Source: Flavobacteriales bacterium (lineage in GTDB: Bacteria > Bacteroidota > Bacteroidia > Flavobacteriales_F > PHOS-HE28). From it: a DNA stretch of 64,000 bases. The notes below the pieces were generated by a model. The model made no database searches. It saw only the letters and a program-made list of their open reading frames with translations, and was not told the origin of the DNA. Positions 27,272 through 35,580 of the stretch are shown piece by piece (the first letter of the stretch is position 1; each line of letters starts with the position of its first letter). Position numbers and translations under genes: made by a program. The stretch covers positions 17,145 to 81,144 of the forward strand of contig JAEUTC010000043.1 in the NCBI GenBank assembly GCA_016787985.1, given 5' to 3'.

Positions 27272-28365
27272 CGCTTCAGCAGGGTTTGGTCGGCCAATTC
27301 AGCCCAGCGCTCGGGAGTCCAGGTGGCGCCCAGTTCTGCGGAGCGGTCGCCCATGCGCAGGAGCTCGGCGTCGGGGGTGCCGATGATGCGGAGCAGGCAT
27401 TGCTGCAGGTCGGCCTTATCGCCGGCCTTGTGCAGTGCGCCGTTCACGCCGGGTTCCAAGAAGCGTTCGCCCGCGCCCACGGCATCGCTGAGGAGCAGTG
27501 GTAACCCGATGCAGGCGTGCTCCTGCACCACCACGCCCCAAGGTTCGTAGAGGCTGGGCAACACGGAGGCACCGGCTTCGGCCAGCACAGCGGGGATATC
27601 CGTGGCCTGCACGAAGCCACGGTGGACGATGCGCGGGTGTCGGCCGCTGGCGCTGTTCTTCACCTGTTCGTGGAGTTCACCGGTGCCCACGAGGTGCAGC
27701 TCCCAATCGCCCGCGCGGCCATGGTCGCACAGTTCGGCGAAAGCGTCGCAGAGCAGTTGCTGGCCTTTGGTGGGGATGTAGCGCGCCACGTGGATGAAGC
27801 GGTGCGGATAGCGCTGCTGGCGTGCTAGGCGCGCGGCATGGAAAGCCTCGCGGAAGGGCGTGGTATCGGCGGCGTACAGACCGGTGAGGATGCGGCTCGC
27901 GGGCAGGCCTAGCTTGCGTGCATAAGCCACCTGACGCGTACCGGTGGCCCAGATGTGGCTGTAGGTGCGCGGCATCCACAGGCGTGCGAGCGCGGCGGAG
28001 ATCCATTGTTTGGCATCGCCCCGCCAGGCTGTATCGAGGTTCATGCTGGTGGGGATGCCTTGGCGGCGCATGGCGCGGCACACCTTGAGGTAGCCTTTGT
28101 CCACCCAGCCGCTGGCGATCACGAACTGCGGTTGGAGGTCGAGTGCGAAGGCGAGCAAGCATTCGTCGCTGAAGTCGCGGCGGTCGTGCAGGGTGATGCC
28201 GGGGTGTGCGCCGAGGGCGAAGGGGGCTTCGGCATTCACCGGCCAGCGCACGAGTTGGATGCGGGCACCGGTGCGGGCCACGAGGGCATCGAGACAGGCG
28301 AGCACGTAGGGTGCGATCTCGGTATAGAGCACCAGCACCCGGGGTTCGTTGCGCGTAGGTTCCAC
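27268..28365 (-). CDS. Glycosyltransferase family 4 (GT-B)
   Basis: VLPSLYEPWGVVVQEHACIGLPLLLSDAVGAGERFLEPGVNG. ATGA-type overlap with the downstream GT4 gene. Confidence 0.85.
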   Translation of the reverse strand: MEPTRNEPRVLVLYTEIAPYVLACLDALVARTGARIQLVRWPVNAEAPFALGAHPGITLHDRRDFSDECLLAFALDLQPQFVIASGWVDKGYLKVCRAMRRQGIPTSMNLDTAWRGDAKQWISAALARLWMPRTYSHIWATGTRQVAYARKLGLPASRILTGLYAADTTPFREAFHAARLARQQRYPHRFIHVARYIPTKGQQLLCDAFAELCDHGRAGDWELHLVGTGELHEQVKNSASGRHPRIVHRGFVQATDIPAVLAEAGASVLPSLYEPWGVVVQEHACIGLPLLLSDAVGAGERFLEPGVNGALHKAGDKADLQQCLLRIIGTPDAELLRMGDRSAELGATWTPERWAELADQTLLKR

Positions 28366-28448
28366 GGTGGAAGCGAAGGTGCCAAATGTACCGTTGCGGC
28401 GGACAGGCTTGGAGGGCGGGTACCTAACGGTGCTGGGTTGAATGCACT

Positions 28449-28547
28449 AACCACGGATGGACACGGATCCACACGGAAAATGCCCGGGCTCGTGGTAATG
28501 GGCTAGTCTTCCCTCCTATCCGTGTTGATCCGTGTCCATCCGTGGTT
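28449..28547. repeat. Long inverted repeat (29-nt arms, 1 mismatch, 41-nt loop) built from 10-nt CACGGAT periodic units
   Basis: The left arm is AACCACGGATGGACACGGATCCACACGGA (28449-28477). The right arm is TCCGTGTTGATCCGTGTCCATCCGTGGTT (28519-28547). The repeat is intergenic, between a membrane-protein gene and a GT4 gene on the same strand. Confidence 0.85.
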
Positions 28548-28568
28548 GAACAACCGCTCAACGCACGC

Positions 28569-29270
28569 TCACTTGATGCGCACCTCCACCACGTCGCGGG
28601 CGCGGCGGCCACGGGAGAGCTTCTTGCGGTAGTGGTTCGTCCAAAGGATGATGAGCGGCGTGCCCACCAGCGTAGGCCACAACCACTGTAACCACACCGG
28701 CTTGATGAAGGTGAAGTTGACCGCACTGAAAGCCGAGACCGTGGCGATATAGCCACCGAGGAAGCCGGACATGTGCGCGTAGAGCCACTCGTGCTTCTCG
28801 TGGCTGCGCTTGTAGAACCGTTGCAGGTTGCGCCACACGAGCAAGCTGCCGATAAGGCCGAAGGCGAGGAACAGGATGGTACCACTACCGCGGTTGCCGA
28901 GGAGGATATTCACGAAACCCCAGATGAAGAGGCCGCCGTTCACCACACCGGCGGTGCCTTGTACCACCACGTCCATGGTGTCGGGTTTCTGCCCCTCGTG
29001 CAAGCGCTTGTGGTACAAGGAACGGTAGCCGGAAGCCACCAAGTGGAAACTGAGCACGGCGAGCATGGCGAGGAAGAGGTTGTTCTTCCATACGCCCACC
29101 ACGATGGCCGTGATGGCCACCACCGCCATGGCATAGAAGAAGACCTTGCCCCACAACCGGTGCTGATCGCTTCCCTTGCGCACCACCATGGCGATGGGCG
29201 CCACGAACAACGCGATGAAACCCGCCGCGATATGGATCCACCGGAATATGCCGATCACCTGCTCCTCCAT
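28569..29270 (-). CDS. Polytopic membrane protein (233 aa), DUF2306-like
   Basis: Six hydrophobic segments. The family assignment is a weak impression. Confidence 0.65.
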   Translation of the reverse strand: MEEQVIGIFRWIHIAAGFIALFVAPIAMVVRKGSDQHRLWGKVFFYAMAVVAITAIVVGVWKNNLFLAMLAVLSFHLVASGYRSLYHKRLHEGQKPDTMDVVVQGTAGVVNGGLFIWGFVNILLGNRGSGTILFLAFGLIGSLLVWRNLQRFYKRSHEKHEWLYAHMSGFLGGYIATVSAFSAVNFTFIKPVWLQWLWPTLVGTPLIILWTNHYRKKLSRGRRARDVVEVRIK

Positions 29271-29276
29271 CGATAG

Positions 29277-30692
29277 CTATCGGATTGAACCTTGGGCTGA
29301 AAGTACGGTGTATGGTCCAACGGGAAGACGGAACCATGACGTACCGTTGCCACAAAGTTCACCTTCGGGAAGCAGACCGGAGAGATCGGCGGTGGTGGTA
29401 TGGGGTGGACACTCCTCGCGCACCACCACCGTCACGCTGGCTTCGCGGCCATCCAAGGCGCTGAGCAACAAGGTCTCGAAGGCCATGGCCCAATGGATAT
29501 GGAGGCCTTGTGCATCGAGTTGCTCAGGGGTAGCGCAAGCCTTGCGGACTTCCTTCGTGTGCAACTCGTCCACCAGCACGCGGATCTTGGCGAGCCGTTC
29601 ACCAGTGGGGCGAGACGCGAAGGATATTCCCCGGAATTGCAGGAAGAGCACGAGGGAGAAGGGGACCAGCACGAGCCAGGCATTGCGGGTAGAAAGGCGC
29701 TCGAACCGCAGCAGCAGGGGCAACGCCACGAAGGCCGCCATCGGCACGAAGTTCTTCTCCATCATCATGGCCGTTTCGCCCGCGTGATAGGTGAGCACAT
29801 GCAAGGCGATGAAGCCCGCCACGCTCACGATGATCCAGGAGAGCTCTAGAAATGCGCGTTGGCGCAAGAGCACGATGAGCAGTGCGAGCAGCGCCACCCA
29901 GAAAGCCACATAGTGTGCGGTGAAGTGAACAGTGTGATCGATGAGGAAGCGCCAGCCCGGTAGCGCGAAGAACGAGGTGATGGAGGCAAGGCCCGTTCCC
30001 GTGGAAGCGTAGAGATCGGCCTCGTAGGCGGTGGGCGGAAAGAGCACGCGGAAGATCAGGGGCCATGCCGCGCTAAGGCCGATGAGCGCGAGCAGCACTT
30101 GCCGGGCGGTGTGGCCGCGCACATACATCAACACCAGCACGAAGACCGCGGCGATGAAGCCAACCGGATGCACCAGCAGTACCAAGAACAACGCAGCCAG
30201 GACCGTTAGGAGCACAAGTGGCTTGCGCGATACCATCAAGGGCCCGGTGACCAGGGCCGCGAGCAGGAAGGGATAGCTGAGCAGGTAGTTCGCCTCCAGC
30301 ACGATGCCATAGAAGGTGAGCCGGGTGCAGAGGACTTGGGCGAGCACAAGGCCCAACGCGATCCACGGCTGCCGCAGCCCATGTGCGATGAGGACGAAGA
30401 GCACATAAGGCACCAGCACATGCGCGAGCGAAGCCACGGTGAGCAGCACCTGGAGCGGCGCACCGGTAGTGGCCACGGCCTTCACCAGCAGCTGCGGCAC
30501 CACCGCCGTGAAGCGATGGGCTTCCACCCCAACGCCCGGCACATGGATCCACTTGAAGATCTGGAAGGCCGAGTCGACGTGCACCACGCGGGTGGGCATG
30601 TGGAGGTAGGCGAGTGCGAAGAGGCCGAAGAAGAGGACATGGCCTAGGAGGAGGTAGGCCCGCAGCACAGGAGCGTTCCGTTCGCTGCTCAT
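29277..30692 (-). CDS. Polytopic membrane protein (471 aa) with a C-terminal soluble domain; possible glycan polymerase/ligase-type protein
   Basis: About 11 hydrophobic segments followed by a ~110-aa soluble tail. It lies in the glycan gene cluster. The function is inferred from context only. Confidence 0.65.
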   Translation of the reverse strand: MSSERNAPVLRAYLLLGHVLFFGLFALAYLHMPTRVVHVDSAFQIFKWIHVPGVGVEAHRFTAVVPQLLVKAVATTGAPLQVLLTVASLAHVLVPYVLFVLIAHGLRQPWIALGLVLAQVLCTRLTFYGIVLEANYLLSYPFLLAALVTGPLMVSRKPLVLLTVLAALFLVLLVHPVGFIAAVFVLVLMYVRGHTARQVLLALIGLSAAWPLIFRVLFPPTAYEADLYASTGTGLASITSFFALPGWRFLIDHTVHFTAHYVAFWVALLALLIVLLRQRAFLELSWIIVSVAGFIALHVLTYHAGETAMMMEKNFVPMAAFVALPLLLRFERLSTRNAWLVLVPFSLVLFLQFRGISFASRPTGERLAKIRVLVDELHTKEVRKACATPEQLDAQGLHIHWAMAFETLLLSALDGREASVTVVVREECPPHTTTADLSGLLPEGELCGNGTSWFRLPVGPYTVLSAQGSIR

Positions 30693-32107
30693 TCCGCTGC
30701 GATCACCAAGGGCAACCGTTGGGTACCACCCCGTGCGTCCCGCACTTCAATCACGTAGAGCCCTGCATCCAGGTCCACCGCTACTGGCACACCGGGAAAG
30801 ACCCAAGGCTCGGCCAGGACCAAGCGTCCATCGGTATCGAACACGGACAGCGCACCAGGTGGCACATGGCGCAACGTGAATGTATCCGCACAGGGATTGG
30901 GGAAGATGTTGGCGGGGGGGGCGATGTTCTCTTCGTCGATGTTTACAGGATCGAAGGACTCATTCACACTCTCACTCGCGGTGGTACCATTCTCATCGGT
31001 CCGAACAACGAATAGATCCCGCCCACCTGCTCCGTAGCTATCCGTCCATCCGGCGCAGAGGAAACCGGTATCATCGGCATCAAGGCTCAATGCCACATCA
31101 TCGGCCGCACCACCGAACGTGCGACCAAATACGAAATCACCATTCTCCGCACTCTTCAATAGGAACATATCGCGCTCGCCGCCTCCAGAAGTTTTCGTGT
31201 AGCCTACGGTGACATACTCCCCATTCTGCAATTGCAAGTGATCATAGGACCCCTGATCGTTGATCTGACCCCAGCTTCGGAACCACTGCAGCCCGCCTGA
31301 CGCATCCGTCTTCAAGTGATAACCTTCCTCGAAGTTCGAATAGCTCCGCGTGATACCGACCAAGGAGAATCCGCCATCGCTGGTGTGGACGACATCATAA
31401 GCCACATCAAGGGAATCCCCCCCGTGGGTAACGGACCAGAGCTCGTTCCCTTGCTCGTCCACTCGCAGGAGAAGCGCATCCGTCGCATCACCGATGCCAG
31501 AAGAGCCACCGATAGCAAAGCCATCAGGAGTTACGCAGAGGCTGTAACCATTCTGCTCACCTGCTCCTCCGTACCAACGCTCCTCCATCACCTCTCCGGC
31601 GGCATCTAACCGGATCATCCAAACCTCACCGTCCACGGTTGGTTGATAGGATTGCCCGACGACGATGAGTTCTCCATTCGGCAAAACGGTCAATTCCCGA
31701 AAGAGATCCCAGTCCTGTCCGCCGTAGCTGCGCTGCCAGATGACCTGGCCGAGTGCGTCCGTCTTCACCAAAAGGCCATCGTAGTCGCCGCCATCGTTGC
31801 TGTTGCCCGCTATCATCAGTGAACCATCGCCAAGTACTCGTAGGTCAACCGCTTGTTCCACTGCGGGTGTCCCGATGGTGGTGCTCCAAAGTCGTGTTCC
31901 GGTTCCATCCAAGGCCATCAAATAGATATCCGACGCGCCTGCGCCACCGCTTCCAGTGGATCCGGCGACGACGATCAGATCCTCCCCTGCCCAACGGACG
32001 GCCTGTGCCTCCTCGGAACCATAGGCTCCATAGGCCTTTCGCCAAGTTTGCCCCTCTACGAATAGGGCCAAGCAGGAACAAAGGCAGCTGAAGAGTGTTC
32101 TTGTCAT
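30689..32107 (-). CDS. Secreted beta-propeller-like repeat protein with a T9SS C-terminal sorting domain
   Basis: Signal peptide MTRTLFSCLCSCLALFVEGQ. Repeated G.S.S.G.G..D..L...D..G...W..(Y/F)GG units. Tail IFPNPCADTFTLRHV...GLYVIEVRDARGGTQRLPLV. ATGA overlap with the downstream membrane-protein gene. Confidence 0.8.
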   Translation of the reverse strand: MTRTLFSCLCSCLALFVEGQTWRKAYGAYGSEEAQAVRWAGEDLIVVAGSTGSGGAGASDIYLMALDGTGTRLWSTTIGTPAVEQAVDLRVLGDGSLMIAGNSNDGGDYDGLLVKTDALGQVIWQRSYGGQDWDLFRELTVLPNGELIVVGQSYQPTVDGEVWMIRLDAAGEVMEERWYGGAGEQNGYSLCVTPDGFAIGGSSGIGDATDALLLRVDEQGNELWSVTHGGDSLDVAYDVVHTSDGGFSLVGITRSYSNFEEGYHLKTDASGGLQWFRSWGQINDQGSYDHLQLQNGEYVTVGYTKTSGGGERDMFLLKSAENGDFVFGRTFGGAADDVALSLDADDTGFLCAGWTDSYGAGGRDLFVVRTDENGTTASESVNESFDPVNIDEENIAPPANIFPNPCADTFTLRHVPPGALSVFDTDGRLVLAEPWVFPGVPVAVDLDAGLYVIEVRDARGGTQRLPLVIAAE

Positions 32108-32178
32108 CGTTGGCTGTCGATCTTGTTAAAGATCCCAGTGGTGCAAGATCGCACTTGTCGGCCACCTAGCTTCGTTCC

Positions 32179-33432
32179 ATGTCCCCCGCTGCCCTCCGCA
32201 ACTTCATCCTTTTCCTGGTCCTTCTCGTATTGATCGACCTTTACGCCTACAAGGGTGTGAACACGGCGCTCGCGAACCACTCGCTGGTGTTGCGGCGCAT
32301 CGTCCGTATCCTTTATTGGATCGTGTCCCTTGGCATCATGGCCGTGCTGATCTGGACCATGGTGAGCATGCAGGGCTCGCAAGTACGCCGCGACCATAGC
32401 TACGTGTTCTCGCTGGTGGCGCTCTTCCTGCTGTTCTTCCTGCCCAAGCTGGTGATCGTGATCTTCCATGGCCTTGATGACCTGCTGCACCTAGGACGTT
32501 GGGGCTGGTCCAAACTGCTGCCTGGGAAGCCCGACGGCACGGGAGAATTGCTGGACCGCGCCAACTTTCTAAGCCAATTGGGGTTGATCGTAGCTACTGT
32601 ACCGTTCGCTGGCGTGCTCTACGGGGTCACGAAAGGTCGGCGGAAGTTCAACATCGCACGGGTGCCGATCCATAGCCCGAACCTACCGGATGCGTTCCAT
32701 GGCTTGCGCATCGTGCAGATCAGCGACATGCACTTGGGAAGCTTCGGCGATGATGCATCCATCGTGCAGAACGGTGTGGACCTGATCAATGCCGAATCGC
32801 CCGATCTGGTGCTCTTCACCGGCGATATGGTGAATGACTATGCGGATGAGGCCGAGCGCTTCACGGAGATCTTCGCCCAGGTGGAAGCCAAGATGGGGAA
32901 GTATAGTATTCTAGGGAACCACGACTATAGCGATTACGTGAAGTGGGACAGCACCGACGCCAAACGTGCCAACCTGGACAAGTTGAAGCGCATCCATCAC
33001 GAGATGGGGTTCAAGCTTCTAATGGACGAACACGTAACGCTGAAGAAAGACGAAGCACGGATCGGATTGCTTGGCGTACAGAACTGGGGGCGACGTTTCC
33101 AACAGTACGGTGATCTGTCAAAGGCCATCCATGGTTCGGAGAGCCTACCGTTCCGGATCCTCATGAGCCACGATCCTACGCACTGGGAGGAACAGGTCTT
33201 GGGCACCGGCATCGATCTCACCTTGAGCGGGCACACGCATGGTGCGCAGCTTGGCGTAAAGTTGAATGGGATCGTGTACAGCCCAGCACAATGGGTCTAC
33301 AAGCACTGGGCAGGCTTGTACACCGAAGGGAAACAACACCTCTACGTGAACCGTGGATTCGGCTTCATCGGATTCCCCGGCCGAGTGGGCATGCCACCGG
33401 AGATCACGGTGTTCGAGTTGCACAAGGCCTGA
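32179..33432 (+). CDS. Membrane-anchored metallophosphoesterase (YkuE-like)
   Basis: N-terminal TM helices followed by the calcineurin-like motifs RIVQISDMHLG, FTGDMVN, ILGNHDY and SGHTHGAQ. Confidence 0.9.
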   Translation: MSPAALRNFILFLVLLVLIDLYAYKGVNTALANHSLVLRRIVRILYWIVSLGIMAVLIWTMVSMQGSQVRRDHSYVFSLVALFLLFFLPKLVIVIFHGLDDLLHLGRWGWSKLLPGKPDGTGELLDRANFLSQLGLIVATVPFAGVLYGVTKGRRKFNIARVPIHSPNLPDAFHGLRIVQISDMHLGSFGDDASIVQNGVDLINAESPDLVLFTGDMVNDYADEAERFTEIFAQVEAKMGKYSILGNHDYSDYVKWDSTDAKRANLDKLKRIHHEMGFKLLMDEHVTLKKDEARIGLLGVQNWGRRFQQYGDLSKAIHGSESLPFRILMSHDPTHWEEQVLGTGIDLTLSGHTHGAQLGVKLNGIVYSPAQWVYKHWAGLYTEGKQHLYVNRGFGFIGFPGRVGMPPEITVFELHKA

Positions 33433-34293
33433 TCACCCCGGGAACACCCGCCCGGCCAGCGTAACGGAACGCTCCAGGTCCGCGAGGTCCAGCCCTGTGG
33501 TGATGCCTTGCTCCTCCAACGACTGCACGAACAGCTCCATCTGCAGGTTGCCCACCAGATCATCCTCCGCCATGGGGCATCCGCCGTAGCCTTTGATGGC
33601 ACCATCGAATCGGCGGCAACCGGCATCCCAGGCGGCCTGGGTCTTCACCGGCCAGTTCTCGGGGGTGCAATGCAGGTGCGCGCCGAATTCCACATGCGGC
33701 AAGGCGGGGATCAATGCGCTGAACATGCTTCGGATATCCTCGGGTCGTGCCACGCCCACCGTATCGCTTAACGCGATGATCCGCACACCGAGCTCGTTCA
33801 CCAGCCGTTCGGTCCATTGCAGGGCCACCTCGGCGTTCCACGGGTCGCCGTAGGGGTTGCCGAAGGCCATGCTGATGTAGACCACGAGTTCCTTGTTGGC
33901 GGCGTTCGTCAATTCCGCGATGCGGGCGATGCGGCCCCACGAGCCTTCGATGCTTGTATTGGTGTTGCGCTGCTGGAAGGTCTCGCTGATGCTGAACGGG
34001 TAGCCCAGGTAGGTGACGCGTTCCTGCTCCACCGCTTGCTCGGCACCGCGCTCGTTCGCTACGATCACGAGCAACTTCGATGCGGACGGCCCGATCCGCG
34101 CGAGCACGTCAGCCGTGTCCGCGAGCTGTGGAATGGCCTTCGGGCTCACGAAGCTGCCGATGTCGATGGTATCGAAGCCCACGCGCAGCAAGCTGTTCAG
34201 GTATTCCACCTTCAGGTCGGTGGGGATGAACGGCACGATACCCTGCATGGCATCGCGAGGACATTCGATCAGTTTCACTGGCGTATTTTCCAT
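33433..34293 (-). CDS. Hydroxymethylglutaryl-CoA lyase
   Basis: VKLIECPRDAMQG...GSFVSPKAIPQLADT...EFGAHLHCT...GLGGCP-like (GYGGCPMA) motifs of the HMGL family. Confidence 0.9.
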   Translation of the reverse strand: MENTPVKLIECPRDAMQGIVPFIPTDLKVEYLNSLLRVGFDTIDIGSFVSPKAIPQLADTADVLARIGPSASKLLVIVANERGAEQAVEQERVTYLGYPFSISETFQQRNTNTSIEGSWGRIARIAELTNAANKELVVYISMAFGNPYGDPWNAEVALQWTERLVNELGVRIIALSDTVGVARPEDIRSMFSALIPALPHVEFGAHLHCTPENWPVKTQAAWDAGCRRFDGAIKGYGGCPMAEDDLVGNLQMELFVQSLEEQGITTGLDLADLERSVTLAGRVFPG

Positions 34294-35297
34294 TGCGCGA
34301 ACTCTTCGTTGATCCGTACGATGAGCTTCGGCCCTTCGTACACCAGACCGGTATAGACTTGAACCAGATCCGCACCGGCTTCCAACTTCTCCAGTGCGGC
34401 TTCCGCGCTGTCGATGCCACCGACGCCGATGATGACCACCGGCTTGGGAAGTCGTGCGCGCAGGTATTTTACTACGGCGGTGCTACGGGCCCGCAGAGGA
34501 GCACCACTTAGCCCTCCTGCACCGATCGTTTCCAATGTGGCCTTGGTCGTGAGCAGTCCATCACGGGCGATGGTCGTGTTCGTGGCGATGACGCCGGCGA
34601 TGCCGCTCTCCTTCACCACGGCCACGATGTCATCCAACTGACCATCGGTGAGGTCGGGCGCGATCTTCAGCAGGATCGGACGGTGTACGGCCTTCGCCGC
34701 ATCGCGTCGCTTCAATTCGTTCAGGATCTCCAGCAGCGGTCCTTTTTCCTGCAAGGCGCGCAATCCGGGCGTGTTGGGGCTGCTCACGTTCACCACGAAG
34801 TAGTCGACGACCGCGTGCAAGGCTTCGAAGCAGATCACATAGTCGTCGATCGCCCGCTCGTTGGGTGTCGCCTTGTTCTTGCCGATGTTGCCGCCTACGA
34901 TGATCCCGGGATTGCGGCGTTTCAACCGTTCCAATGCGGCGGCCACACCACCGTTGTTGAAGCCCATTCGGTTGATCAGCGCGTTGTCGGGCTTCAGCCG
35001 GAAGAGGCGCGGCTTGTCGTTACCCGGTTGTGGGAGCGGTGTCAACGTACCCACTTCGATGAAACCGAAGCCGATGCGCGCGAGGGCGTTCACATGCGCT
35101 GCATCCTTGTCCATGCCTGCAGCGAGCCCGACAGGTCCGGGGAATCGCAGTCCCATCACCTCCACGGCCGCCGTACCAGGAGGTGCCGCACCACCGCTGA
35201 GCGCGGTGGCACCCGGCAATTCCAATAACGAGAAAGTAAGGTGGTGCGCTTTCTCCGGAGAGAGCAGGAAGAGCAGCGGGCGAAGAAGACCGTACAT
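34275..35297 (-). CDS. pyrD: Dihydroorotate dehydrogenase (quinone), class 2
   Basis: MYGLLRPLLFLLSPEKAHHLT...GLAAGMDKDA...GFGFIEVGTLTP..QPGN.KPRLFRL...NRMGFNN...NVSSPNTPGLR. Full-length match to the PyrD pattern. Confidence 0.95.
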   Translation of the reverse strand: MYGLLRPLLFLLSPEKAHHLTFSLLELPGATALSGGAAPPGTAAVEVMGLRFPGPVGLAAGMDKDAAHVNALARIGFGFIEVGTLTPLPQPGNDKPRLFRLKPDNALINRMGFNNGGVAAALERLKRRNPGIIVGGNIGKNKATPNERAIDDYVICFEALHAVVDYFVVNVSSPNTPGLRALQEKGPLLEILNELKRRDAAKAVHRPILLKIAPDLTDGQLDDIVAVVKESGIAGVIATNTTIARDGLLTTKATLETIGAGGLSGAPLRARSTAVVKYLRARLPKPVVIIGVGGIDSAEAALEKLEAGADLVQVYTGLVYEGPKLIVRINEEFAQWKIRQ

Positions 35298-35460
35298 GCG
35301 CCGCGAAACTAGCGCAAAGTGTAAGCCGCTTGGTCCACTTCAACCTGTGACCGCAGTTCATCACGGCATGTTGGTCTGGTCCCAGTGTAGGTCGATACAT
35401 TGAAGGGTGGCGTTCTTGGCGTTCTGGGAACCTCACCGGATGCGAACGAACAGGTGCGTT

Positions 35461-35526
35461 TGACCCTGGAAGGGTCACAGACCGTAGTTCGAAGCGTTCA
35501 GGGATCCTCCGACCCCAGCGGGGTCG
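35461..35526. repeat. Two REP-like hairpins of the GACCC(C/T)-N3-(G/A)GGGTC family
   Basis: TGACCCT-GGA-AGGGTCA (35461-35477) and CGACCCC-AGC-GGGGTCG (35510-35526), each followed by CAG. They are intergenic, between the TonB-dependent receptor and pyrD. Confidence 0.7.
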
Positions 35527-35580
35527 CAGGCATGCAGCAGCGAGAGCGGATGGAAAGATGTTCCGGCATGACACCGCTGA

